A stretch of 64,000 nucleotides of DNA from an uncultured Gemmatimonadales bacterium (lineage in GTDB: Bacteria > Gemmatimonadota > Gemmatimonadetes > Longimicrobiales > RSA9): assembly GCA_963798085.1 (NCBI GenBank), contig CAWCRS010000009.1, positions 192,001-256,000 of the forward strand, read 5' to 3'. The notes below the pieces were generated by a model. It saw only the letters and a program-made list of their open reading frames with translations. It was not told the DNA's origin and made no database searches. The stretch's first letter is position 1. The number at the start of each line of letters is the position of its first letter. The position numbers and the translations under genes are program-made. Shown here piece by piece: positions 37,623-47,791 of this stretch.

Positions 37623-38774
37623 GTGACACGACATGGCCGGCACACGCTGACTTTGCTGTTTGTGATTCTCGTGAGCGCCTGCAGTGGCGCGGTGCACGAT
37701 GCCGCCGACAGGGCCGAGGTTCCGCATCGCACGGGCTCACAGGAGCTGCTCATTGGCGATGAGGCTTCAGGCGATACGGTGACGTTCGCCCGCATCTCGG
37801 GAATCGCCACCGACTCGCAGGGCCGGATCTTCGTCGCCGATGTGCAGGATGACGTGATACGCGTGTTCGCGCCCGACGGCCGCCTGCTGTTCCACTTCGG
37901 GCGCAACGGCGGCGGTCCCGGTGAATTCAGCGGCGTGTGCTGCCTGGGCATTGATGCGCAGGGCCGGCTCTGGGCGCGGGACGGTGGCAACGGCCGCTAC
38001 GACGTGTTCGCGTTGCGCACCGACAGCGCCGCGCCGCTCTTCACCGTACGCATGGCGAATCTCGATCAGAACTACTGGGCGCCCGTCCAGTTCGATTCCG
38101 CCGGCCGCCTGGTCGACACCGGCCACAGCGTGCGCGACAGCCATCCTGATCTCATGCATTTCCACCTTGACACCGCAGGCGTCGTGCGGGACTCCGTCCG
38201 TATACCGGCGGTGCCATTCGACAGCCTGGGCGTGAAGACGGTGAATCTCAAGGTGAGCGGCGGCGTGGCCACGCGGTTCCTGTATCCGCCGTACGGCCCG
38301 AACGATCTGGTGGCGCACGGCCCGCTGGGCCAGTACGCACGCGCGGTGTCTTCGTCCTACCGCGTGTCCTGGTTCGACGCGCAGGGCAGGCTGATACGCG
38401 TCATAGAACAGCCGCACCAGGAAGGTCCGCTGCTGGATGCGGACGAGCGTGCCCGCGCCGAGAAGCAGGTTGCCGATGCGGCCAAGCGCTTCAGCCTGTC
38501 CGCCGGCGATCGCTTCGCCGTGCCCGCGCGCAAGCAGCCGCTCGCCGGCCTCTGGTTCGATGAGCACGGCCGCGTGTGGGTACAGCGCAGCACGTCTGCG
38601 AAGCTGCCCCGCCAGGCCAATGTCTGGGACCGCGACGGTAACCTCGTGTTTACGGCTGAATGGCCCGCAGGCACGGACCTCGGCTATACCTCGACGATCG
38701 GCGATCCCGTGGCGCTCGCCGTCGCCGCGGACTCCCTCGGCGTGCAGCGCGTCGTCCGCCTGCGCTGGCGGTGA
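37623..38774 (+). CDS. NHL/6-bladed beta-propeller lipoprotein
   Basis: Lipobox-like VSAC; DSQGRIFVAD, FGRNGGGPGEF, DEHGRVWV repeats. Confidence 0.85.
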   Translation: MTRHGRHTLTLLFVILVSACSGAVHDAADRAEVPHRTGSQELLIGDEASGDTVTFARISGIATDSQGRIFVADVQDDVIRVFAPDGRLLFHFGRNGGGPGEFSGVCCLGIDAQGRLWARDGGNGRYDVFALRTDSAAPLFTVRMANLDQNYWAPVQFDSAGRLVDTGHSVRDSHPDLMHFHLDTAGVVRDSVRIPAVPFDSLGVKTVNLKVSGGVATRFLYPPYGPNDLVAHGPLGQYARAVSSSYRVSWFDAQGRLIRVIEQPHQEGPLLDADERARAEKQVADAAKRFSLSAGDRFAVPARKQPLAGLWFDEHGRVWVQRSTSAKLPRQANVWDRDGNLVFTAEWPAGTDLGYTSTIGDPVALAVAADSLGVQRVVRLRWR

Positions 38775-38861
38775 GGCCAAGGCCGCCGTAACCGGTCGTT
38801 AGAACGAAGACCGGCGAGGCGCCGCTCCGGACGGGCTCGCGGACTCCATGAGTCCCGCCCG

Positions 38862-41543
38862 TCACTCCATGCGCAGTGTGTGCAGCGGATCCACTCTCGC
38901 GGCGCGCAGCGCGGGCGCCAGCGCGGCCATCAGCGCGATGCCCAGCAGCAGCACGACCACGGCAACGCACGTCAACGGATCCATCGGGCGCACGCCGTAG
39001 ACCAGTCCCTCCAGGCTGGCGGACAGCAGTGCTGCCAGCAGCAGTCCGCCGGCCAGGCCAATGCCGGCGAGCACTGCCGCCTCTCCCAGGATGCCGCCCA
39101 CCACCTGCCGGGCGCGCGCGCCCAGCGCCATGCGTACGCCGATCTCGCGACTGCGCGCCGCCACCGACCACGCGATCACGCCGTAGACACCCACCGCCGC
39201 CAGGAACAGCGCCACGGCCGCGAACACGCTGAGCAGCAGCATCGTGAAGTGACGCGTCCCCAGCGAAGCCGACAGCACCTGCTCCATGGACTGCGAGTTC
39301 TCGATGGCCACGCCACGTTCCAGCTCGTGGATGGCCGGCTGCAGCGCTGCGCTGACGGCCGCCGGTGCGACTGTCGTCTTCACGACCAGCGTCATCGAGC
39401 GGAACGACGTGTAGGCGCTGCGGAAGCCCTGCGCGTGCGGTACGTACCAGACCGGGCGTGTCTCACGATCCAGACCGTAGTGGCGCACGTCGCGTGCGAT
39501 GCCCACGATCTCCATCCACGGACTGCCGGGCACGAAGGCCCGCATGCGTCTGCCGATGGGGTCTTCGCCCGGGAACAGCGCCTTCGCCATCGCTTCGCTG
39601 ATGATCACGACGAACGGCGAGTTGGCTCCATCCCGATCGTTGAACGCGCGGCCGCGCACGAGCTGCAGGCCCATGACGCGGAAGTAGTCGGGTGTTATCT
39701 GCTCGATGTCCGCGGCCGGCGCTTCGCCCACCGTAGCCGCCTCGCGGCCCTCGATCTGCAGCGACCAGGTACTGATGCCCTGCGTGAGCGGCAGGTTCGA
39801 AATGGCCGCCGCCGCCGTGACACCGGGCAGGGCGGCGGTGCGCTGCAGCAGCTGCTGATAGAACCCGACCAGCTCGGGCGGCGGCTGGTAGCGCGCGCCG
39901 GGCGGCGTCAGGCGCAGGGTCAGCACGTGGTCCGTCTGAATGCCCGGATCCACGCCGTAGAGATTGGCGAGGGTGCGCAGCAGCACGCCCGCCCCCAGCA
40001 CCAGTGCCACCGCCAGTGCCAGCTGCAGCACGACGAGCCCGCGCCGGCCCGCCTGTCGGGCGCGACCGCCAATGCGCCCGGTGCCGCCTTCCTTCATCGC
40101 CTCCGCCGGATCCGTCCTGGCGGCGCCCAGTGCGGGCAGCGTGCCGAACGCCAGACCGGTGAGCAGCACCAGCCCGGAGGAAAAGACGAGCACCACGGGG
40201 TTGATGCCGATGACCTCGAGGCGAGGAATCGATGCCGGAGCGAGCTCGCGCAGCGCGCGCACGCCCAGCCACGCCAGCAGCAGGCCGAGTCCGCCGCCCG
40301 CCGCCGCCAGCCAGCCGCTCTCCGCAAGCGTCAGCCGCACGAGGCGGCCGGAACGGGCGCCCAGCGCCGCGCGCACCGCCAGCTCGCGGCGCTTCGCTTC
40401 GCCGCGCGCTAACAGCAGATTCGCAACGTTGACGCAGGCAATGGCCAGCACCAGAGCCACCGCGCCCAGCAGCACCAGCAAGGCGCCGCGCACCCGGCCC
40501 ACGACGCTCTCGCGCAGCGTGCGCGCCCGCACGCGGTAACCCCATTGCTGGTAGAACTCCGGATAGGTCTTTGCCGAACTCGCGGCCAGCGCGTCCAGGC
40601 GGGCACCGGCCCGCTCGACGCTGACACCCGCCTGCAGCCGGGCGACCACCTCGAGATGATGATTGTTGCGCGCCCACGGATTTACCGTGTCCAGCTGCAG
40701 CGGCACCCACGCCTGCACTTCGGGATCCGGAAACACGAAGCCTCGCGGCATCACACCCACCACCACGACCGGGCGGTCGTTCAGGCGCACAGTCCTGCCG
40801 ATCGCATCGCTGCTGCCGCCGAACAGCTGCTGCCACAGCGACCAGGAGATCACGGCTACGCGCGGCGCGCCGCGCGTGTCTTCCTCGCGCGTGAACACGC
40901 GTCCCAGCACCGGCTTCACGCCCAGCACCGGCATCAGATCGGCGGCGGCCAGCAGCGTCTCGATGCGGCGTGGCTCGGCCGAGTCACCCAGGATGGGCTC
41001 GGCCCAGTCGTACGCGGCCACACCCTGCAGCACATCGTTCAGCCGCCGGAAATCGAGATACTCCGGCTCCGAGTTGCTGAACCAGTTGCCGTCCCGGCCG
41101 CCCGCATTCAGCGTCACCAGCCGCTCGGCGTGCGCGTAGGGCAGGGGGTGCAGCAGCACACCATCCACAACGCTGAAGATCGCCGTGGTCGCGCCCACGC
41201 CGAACGCCAGCGTCAGCACCGCAAGAAAGCTGAGCAGCGGCGTCGCCAGGACGCGACGCAGACCGTACCGGACATCGTCGCCTGCCGTGCCGTTCATCCG
41301 TGTTTTCCGCGGTGTCCCGCGCCTCCGCATGGGTTCCGCCTGCCGCACCGAACGCCGCAGTCGCAGCGGATGCGAGCGCAGCAGCTCGCTCCAGTACCAG
41401 AGTCCCGCGCGCCAGGCGCCCCGCGCCGCACGCTCCGCGGCATGACGCTCGGCCAGGTCGCCCAGAAACGGCTCGCGCAGCTCCGCCGGTAACAGCCGTG
41501 TCAGCAGCCAGCGGGCGCCCGCCGGCGGTCGCTCACGAGCCAT
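38862..41543 (-). CDS. ADOP-type duplicated ABC permease
   Basis: [71 protein letters not shown]. Confidence 0.9.
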   Translation of the reverse strand: MARERPPAGARWLLTRLLPAELREPFLGDLAERHAAERAARGAWRAGLWYWSELLRSHPLRLRRSVRQAEPMRRRGTPRKTRMNGTAGDDVRYGLRRVLATPLLSFLAVLTLAFGVGATTAIFSVVDGVLLHPLPYAHAERLVTLNAGGRDGNWFSNSEPEYLDFRRLNDVLQGVAAYDWAEPILGDSAEPRRIETLLAAADLMPVLGVKPVLGRVFTREEDTRGAPRVAVISWSLWQQLFGGSSDAIGRTVRLNDRPVVVVGVMPRGFVFPDPEVQAWVPLQLDTVNPWARNNHHLEVVARLQAGVSVERAGARLDALAASSAKTYPEFYQQWGYRVRARTLRESVVGRVRGALLVLLGAVALVLAIACVNVANLLLARGEAKRRELAVRAALGARSGRLVRLTLAESGWLAAAGGGLGLLLAWLGVRALRELAPASIPRLEVIGINPVVLVFSSGLVLLTGLAFGTLPALGAARTDPAEAMKEGGTGRIGGRARQAGRRGLVVLQLALAVALVLGAGVLLRTLANLYGVDPGIQTDHVLTLRLTPPGARYQPPPELVGFYQQLLQRTAALPGVTAAAAISNLPLTQGISTWSLQIEGREAATVGEAPAADIEQITPDYFRVMGLQLVRGRAFNDRDGANSPFVVIISEAMAKALFPGEDPIGRRMRAFVPGSPWMEIVGIARDVRHYGLDRETRPVWYVPHAQGFRSAYTSFRSMTLVVKTTVAPAAVSAALQPAIHELERGVAIENSQSMEQVLSASLGTRHFTMLLLSVFAAVALFLAAVGVYGVIAWSVAARSREIGVRMALGARARQVVGGILGEAAVLAGIGLAGGLLLAALLSASLEGLVYGVRPMDPLTCVAVVVLLLGIALMAALAPALRAARVDPLHTLRME

Positions 41544-41874
41544 GGGAGCCGGACGCCGCAGCGCCCCCCGGCGCCAGCCCATCCCACATGCGGGCCAGCG
41601 TCTCCCGCGCCGAGCGCAGCGCCGTGATGCCCGCGCGCTCCACCCGGTAGTGCCGCCGCGGCTTGCCACCCCGCACGGGCGTCGGATCACCCAGCCACGA
41701 GCTGACCAGCCCCTTGTTCTCCAGCCGCATCAGCGTGACGTAGACCGTGCCCAGCGAAATCCGCCGCTTCGCCCGCACTGCCAGCTCCCGCTGTATGGCC
41801 GCGCCATACGCCTCGCCCTCGAGACGCAGCACCGCCAGCATGATCAGCTGCTCGAGTTCGCCCAGTGACGGCAT
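41533..41874 (-). CDS. PadR family regulator
   Basis: LGELEQLIMLAVLRL..AYG..GTVYVTLMRLENKG..RGGKPRRHY. Confidence 0.92.
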   Translation of the reverse strand: MPSLGELEQLIMLAVLRLEGEAYGAAIQRELAVRAKRRISLGTVYVTLMRLENKGLVSSWLGDPTPVRGGKPRRHYRVERAGITALRSARETLARMWDGLAPGGAAASGSHGS

Positions 41875-41952
41875 GGTTGTCCTGGCTCCGTGTTAGTAGT
41901 GGAAACTGCGTTGCCCCGGCAACCAGCCCCGGCAACACAGTTCTCCAAGACA

Positions 41953-44656
41953 CTATTCCGACCTCAGCGTCCGCGCCGGTTCCGTGGCAGCCGCGCGCCA
42001 GCCGGGGACCAGGCAGGCCAGTACAGCGACGATCAGCGTGCCCGCGAACACTGCTGTCAGCGTCGCCGGATCGCCCGGCTTCACGCCGAAGAGCAGGGTG
42101 CGCAGCAGCCGGCTGGCGGCCAGCGCGCCCGCCACGCCCAGTACGGCGCCCCCGAGGCCCAGCCACACGCCCTCGCGCAGCACCATGAGCAACACAGCGC
42201 GCGGGCGCGCGCCCAGCGCCAGCCGGATGCCGATCTCGCGCCGCCGGTGATTCACCGCCCACGAGAGAATGCCGTAAATGCCAATGGCCGCAAGCGTGAG
42301 CGCCAGCCCGGCAAATACGGCAAGCACGAACATGACCAGGCGAGGCGGATCGGCGGGGGCGGCCAGCACGTGCTGCAGTGGCTGCGCATCCGCCAGCGGC
42401 AGCGTCGGATCGATGCGGTGGACTTCTGCGCTCAGTGTGCGCAGCAGCGAAGCGGCATCGCCCGCGCCCCGCACGTAGAGGTGCATTCTGAGGAATGGGA
42501 ACTGCCGGAACGTGAAGAAGACCGCTGGCTCGGGAGCGCTCGCTAATGACGTGTTCATGACGTCGCGCACCACACCGATGATCTGGTGGTCGCGCGCGGG
42601 CTTGATGCGCTGACCCAGTGGGCCAATGGCGACCGTCACAATGTCGATGTGCCGGCCAATGGGGTCCTGATCCGCGAAATACCGCCTCGCCAGCGCTTCG
42701 TTGATCACCACCACGGAGGGGCGCGTGCTGTCGTCCTGCGCCTCGAACGTGCGACCACGCACCAGCGGCACACGCAGCGCCTCGAACCAGCCTTCATCCA
42801 CCGTGTGAAACTGCGCTTCGGGTTCCTTGCCCTCCACGACGGGTTCACCCGGCAGCAGGAACGTCGAGCGCCAGCCCGGCTGCAGCGGCAGGAAATTCGA
42901 GGTGGCCGCCGCGCCGATCTGCGGCTGCTGGCGCAGATTCGTGAGCAGCGCGTCGTAGAAGCGCACTACCGCGCCCCAGTCCTTGTAGGTGCCGCCCGGC
43001 AGTGAGAGATCGGCTGTCGCCACCGAGGTCGGGATCGAGACCCGAATTCACGTGCAGCATGCTCGCCACGCTGCGGATCAGCAGCGACGCGCCCGAGAGC
43101 AGCATCACGGCGAGCGCGACTTCCGCCGCCACCAGCAGACTGCGCATGCGGCCGCCCGCGCCGCCGCTGCCCGCGCCGCGCGAGGCGCGCAACGCGTTGC
43201 GCATGTGCGTGCGCGAGAGCACGAACGCGGGCGCCAGACCGAAGGCCAGCGCCGTCGCCACCGAGAGCAGCAGCGCGAAACCCAGCACGCTCGCGTTGAC
43301 ACCCACCTGCTCCGCGCGCGGAATCTCGACCGGCGTCCACGCCAGGAAAGCGCGTACGCCGCCCACGGCCACCAGCGTGCCCAGCAGCGCGCCCGCCCCG
43401 GCCAGCAGCAGGCTCTCGATGAGCAGCTGGCCCAGCAGGCGCAGCCGGCTGGCGCCCAGCGCCGAGCGCACCGCCACCTCCGTGGTCCGCGCCGTGGCCC
43501 TCGCCAACAGCAGGTTAGCCACGTTGATGCACGCGATCAGCAGCAGCAGGCCGGCCGCGCCCAGCAGCACCAGCAGCGCCGGCCGGAACACGCCCGTCAC
43601 CTCGACGTCCAGCGGCGTGGCGCGCACGCCCCGGCCCAGGTTGCTGTCGCGATACTCCCGCTCCAGCCGCGTGCCCAGCGCCGCCAGCTCCGCGTTGGCC
43701 CGCTCCAGCGTCACGCCCGGCCGCAGCCGCGCCACTGCCTGCATGAAGTGCGCGTAGCGTGAGTGCGCGGCCAGATTCCAGCTCAGCCGCCGCCAGACGT
43801 CGGTCGTTTCGGGGAACTGGAAGCCCGGCGGCATCACGCCCACGATCGTGAAGGGCCGGCCGTTCAGCCGCACCGTGCGGCCCAGCACCGTCTGCGCGCC
43901 CGCGAACCGCGTCCGCCAGAGGCGATGGCTGATCACCACTTCGCTCTCGTTGCCGTACAGCGTCGAATCGCGCGGGAACGCACGCCCCACGGCCGGATGC
44001 ACGCCCAGCACGTCGAAGAAATTCTCCGAAACCTCGATCGTCGAGACGCGGATGGGCTCGCCCGCGTCATCCGCCAGGTTGTACTCGGGACGCCACCACG
44101 CCGCGGCATCCTCGAACACGCGGTCCAGCCCGCGATAGTCGAGGAAATTCACCGGCGAGATCGGCTCGTGCGTCAGCGACTTCGGCCGGTTCGTCTCCCA
44201 CAGCATCACCAGCCGGTCCGGCTGCGCGAACGGCAGCGGCCGCAGCACCACGCCCTCTACCACGCTGAACACCGCGGTTCCGGCTCCCGTGCCCAGACCC
44301 AGGGTCAACACCGCCGCCGCCGTGAACGCCGGTGTTCGCAGCAGCCCGCGCATGCCCTGTCGCGTGTCCCGCCACACCGCATCCAGCAGTCGATCCGCCA
44401 TGCTCCGCCTCCGCCGTGGGTCCGGTTCGCGATTCCCGCCCGCCGCCAGCGCCGCCTGACGCGTCGCCCGGCGCAGCGCCAGCGGCCGCGATCGCAGCAC
44501 CTCCAGCCAGTACCACGCGTGCGCCGCCCGCCGCCCGCGCTCCCGCAGCACCACCGCGTAGCGCTCCGCCAGGTCGCCCGTGAACGACGCCCGCAACGAC
44601 TCCGGCAGCCACTGCTCGATCAGCCATCGCGCCATGCCTGGCGGTGTGCCGCGCAC
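41953..44656 (-). CDS. ADOP-type duplicated ABC permease, frameshift near 43030
   Basis: ORFs 42845..44656 and 41953..43023 together give a full ADOP architecture. Confidence 0.88.
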
Positions 44657-44911
44657 GTCGATTGCCTCCGTCCGTGGTGCGTATGACGATTATTTTGACA
44701 TCGTCGATTATACCAAGGGTTGCATCCCGCCACCACGCTGGCCCTTGCACGCACTGCGCCACGCCCGTTCCTTGGTGTGGGCGACGACGTGGCCTCCGGG
44801 TTCCGGCGCCGGCCGCAGGCGGCGCCTCGGTCCGCCATCGGGCGAGGGAGCGACGGTGGGGCAGGCCAATGTCCGGCCGCCGCGCGATCACACGCACAAC
44901 GGATGGGCGAG

Positions 44912-45514
44912 ATGAGCCGTTACGATTTCCTGATCGATACCTACGACACGGAGCGCATCAAGACGTTGAGCATCTGGTCGCAGTTCGACGATGCGGACCT
45001 GGAGTTCCGGCCCGAGCCGCGTGCGCGCACGCCGCACGAGCACATGGTGCACCAGTGCGTGGGCGAGGACCTGTGGATGCGCAGCATGCTGGGCATCGAG
45101 CTGAGCGAACCGGCGCTGCCGCAGGCGGAGGGGCGCCTCGACTTCATTCGCCGCTACGCACGCTCCTCGGCGCAGCGCGCGGAGCAGCTGCGTCGCATGA
45201 CGTACGCGTGGTGGGAGCAGACCACGCAGTTCTTCGACGTGGAGCGTTCGCGTGCGTGGGTGCTGACGCGGCGCATCGCGCACACCGCGCATCATCGCGG
45301 GCAGCTGACCACGTACCTGCGCCTGCTGGGGCGGGACCTGTACTCGACGTACGGCCCGACCGCGGACACGGGCGGTCTGCTGCAGAACCAGGCGCACGTC
45401 ATCTACCGCTACGCATCGATCGACGAGCTGCTGCAAGCGGAAGCGACGGGTGGTCGTCATCGGCCGTTGCCCGGTCCGGGCGCGAAGAACCCGACCGAAC
45501 GCCCGCGCGGCTGA
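44912..45514 (+). CDS. DinB family protein
   Basis: RTPHEHMVH...RRIAHTAHHRGQLTTYLRLLG..YSTYGPTAD. Confidence 0.9.
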   Translation: MSRYDFLIDTYDTERIKTLSIWSQFDDADLEFRPEPRARTPHEHMVHQCVGEDLWMRSMLGIELSEPALPQAEGRLDFIRRYARSSAQRAEQLRRMTYAWWEQTTQFFDVERSRAWVLTRRIAHTAHHRGQLTTYLRLLGRDLYSTYGPTADTGGLLQNQAHVIYRYASIDELLQAEATGGRHRPLPGPGAKNPTERPRG

Positions 45515-45551
45515 CGCGCTGCGCTCCTTACACGGAATCGAGGCGACCGTC

Positions 45552-47198
45552 CTGGCCCGCACGCCGCTGTTCCGACTGGTGCGCCGCGCACTGGCGCAGG
45601 CGGGCGCGGCCAACCGTGCGGATCGGACGACGGCCGAATTCCTGGAGCAGCAGCGCGCGCAGGCGCTTGCGCCCATCACGCGCCGTCGCTTCGTCGGCAT
45701 CTCCGCGGCGGGTGCGGCCGCGACACTGGCCGGCTGCGCCACGACAGGGGCGGGCCGCGCGCCACGTTCGGACCCCGTGCTCATTGTCGGCGCCGGCATT
45801 GCCGGGCTGACGGCTGCGCAGCGACTGCGCCAGGCCGGTGTTCCGGTGCGCGTATTCGAAGCACAGAATCGCGTGGGCGGGCGCATGTTCAGCCTGCGCG
45901 ACTTCTTCGCCGACGGGCAGGTGTGCGAGCTGGGCGGCGAGCTGATCGACACGAACCACGCGCACATCCGCGCGCTCGCCGCCGAGCTGGAGCTGCCGCT
46001 CGATGATCTGTCGCAGGAGGCGCCGGATGTGGCCACGGACTTCTGGTATTTCGGCGGCGCGCGGCGCACGGAGATCGAGCTGGTCGATGGCTTCCGCCCC
46101 ATGGCCGCGCGCCTGGCCGCCGATAATGATACGTTAGGCGGCGACGTCACCTGGCGTACCCCCGTGCATGCCGCCGCCCTGGACCGGCTCACCATTGACG
46201 AGTGGCTGGAGCGCAACGACGTGAACGGCTGGCTGCGCGACCTCTTCCGCGTCGCCTACACGACCGAGTACGGCCTGGAGACGGACCAGCAGTCCGCGCT
46301 CAACCTGCTGCTGCTGATCGACAGCGATCCCTCGCCGTTCCGCATCTTCGGCGAGAGCGATGAGCGCTTCCACGTGCGCGGCGGCAATGACAGCATACCG
46401 CGCCGGCTCGCGGAACGGCTCGAGGACGCCATCGAGCCGGCCACCGTGCTGGAGGCCGTGCGCGTGCGTGCCGGTGGCGACATCGTGTGCAGCTTCAAGC
46501 GGAACAGCGGCGGCTTCGACGCGGCCTCGCCGGATGTCATTCTCGCGCTGCCGTTCACGTTGTTGCGTCAGGTGCGCATCGATGCCGTGCTGCCTCCCGC
46601 CAAGCGCCGCGTCATCGACGAGCTGGGCTACGGCACCAACGCCAAACTCATGGTTGGGTTTTCCAGCCGGCTCTGGCGCGAGCGCTATCGCTCGAACGGC
46701 AGCGTCTTCAGTGATCTGCCCTTCCAGCTGACCTGGGAGACCAGTCGCGCACAGCCGGGCGCGGCCGGCATCCTCACGAATTTCACGGGCGGGCATCACG
46801 GTGAGGAGCTGGGCGCCGGCACACCCGCCGCGCGTGCCGCCGACCTGGTGCGCGACCTCGAGCACGTGTTCCCCGGCATCGCGGCGCAGCGCGCGGGCAT
46901 GCGGGAAGTGCGCATGCACTGGCCCACGCATCCGTGGACGCAGGGCAGCTACTCCTGTTATCGGCCGGGACAGTGGACCGCGTTCCGCGGGATCGAAGGG
47001 GAGCCCGTGGGCCGGCTGTATTTCGCAGGTGAACACTGTTCGCTCGCGGCGCAGGGATTCATGGAAGGCGGGTGCGAGACGGGTGAACGTGTGGCGCGGG
47101 AAGTGTTGCGCGCGCGTGGCAGACGCGTGGGTGCAAAGTCTCGGCGAGGCCTGCTGCTGGCCGGCACGCGGGCAGTAATGGGGCGAGTCACAGCTTGA
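45552..47198 (+). CDS. Flavin monoamine oxidase family protein
   Basis: IVGAGIAGL, FEAQNRVGGR, ELGGELID, YFAGEH, GFMEGG; Tat-like TRRRF. Start uncertain. Confidence 0.88.
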   Translation: MARTPLFRLVRRALAQAGAANRADRTTAEFLEQQRAQALAPITRRRFVGISAAGAAATLAGCATTGAGRAPRSDPVLIVGAGIAGLTAAQRLRQAGVPVRVFEAQNRVGGRMFSLRDFFADGQVCELGGELIDTNHAHIRALAAELELPLDDLSQEAPDVATDFWYFGGARRTEIELVDGFRPMAARLAADNDTLGGDVTWRTPVHAAALDRLTIDEWLERNDVNGWLRDLFRVAYTTEYGLETDQQSALNLLLLIDSDPSPFRIFGESDERFHVRGGNDSIPRRLAERLEDAIEPATVLEAVRVRAGGDIVCSFKRNSGGFDAASPDVILALPFTLLRQVRIDAVLPPAKRRVIDELGYGTNAKLMVGFSSRLWRERYRSNGSVFSDLPFQLTWETSRAQPGAAGILTNFTGGHHGEELGAGTPAARAADLVRDLEHVFPGIAAQRAGMREVRMHWPTHPWTQGSYSCYRPGQWTAFRGIEGEPVGRLYFAGEHCSLAAQGFMEGGCETGERVAREVLRARGRRVGAKSRRGLLLAGTRAVMGRVTA

Positions 47199-47230
47199 CG
47201 CGCCCGGCTCGACCCGGTATCCATCGGCTC

Positions 47231-47677
47231 ATGCTGAACGCACGGGTTCGCTGGCGTGCACGCTGTCTGCGCATGGCACTGGGTGCGGCCTTCCTGGTCC
47301 GCCCCCTCGTCATGCAGCCGTTCATGATGGCGGACAATGCCGCCGCCATGGCGGGCGGCAGCATGGCACGGCATGCGGGCACGATGCCGGGCATGGATCC
47401 GATGCGCGCGCCCGCCGCAACACCGGCGGCGCACGAGCACGACGGCTCGGACCACGGTCAGAGTCACGACCACGGCGGCGGCGACTGCTGCTGCCCCGCA
47501 TGCGTCGGCGCCTGCGCCCTGCTGGCGCCCGAAAACGCAGTCGATACCGCCGCGCGCGTTCCGTTCGCGCGTATCGTTGTTACGCCTGTCGGTCGCGCCA
47601 CGGGCCGCCGGCTGCCTCGCCGGGCGATTCGCTACCTGCTCCCTCTCGCCATTGGTCCCCCAGCGCTCCACGCCTGA
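47231..47677 (+). CDS. DUF2946-like (CruR/CutF-like) Met/His-rich protein with CxxC
   Basis: Hydrophobic N-terminus, Met/His-rich linker, CCCPACVGAC, C-terminal LLPLAIGPP; directly precedes a TonB-dependent receptor. Confidence 0.7.
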   Translation: MLNARVRWRARCLRMALGAAFLVRPLVMQPFMMADNAAAMAGGSMARHAGTMPGMDPMRAPAATPAAHEHDGSDHGQSHDHGGGDCCCPACVGACALLAPENAVDTAARVPFARIVVTPVGRATGRRLPRRAIRYLLPLAIGPPALHA

Positions 47678-47791
47678 TCACGACTGAGGGGACGCCTCCC
47701 GCGTCCGCCTGTGCCGGCGGTCGTTTCCGTCGTGCACACAACAGTGATTTTCGAGCAATAAAATGTCGCCTCGAACAGCGTGGAGATCAGC

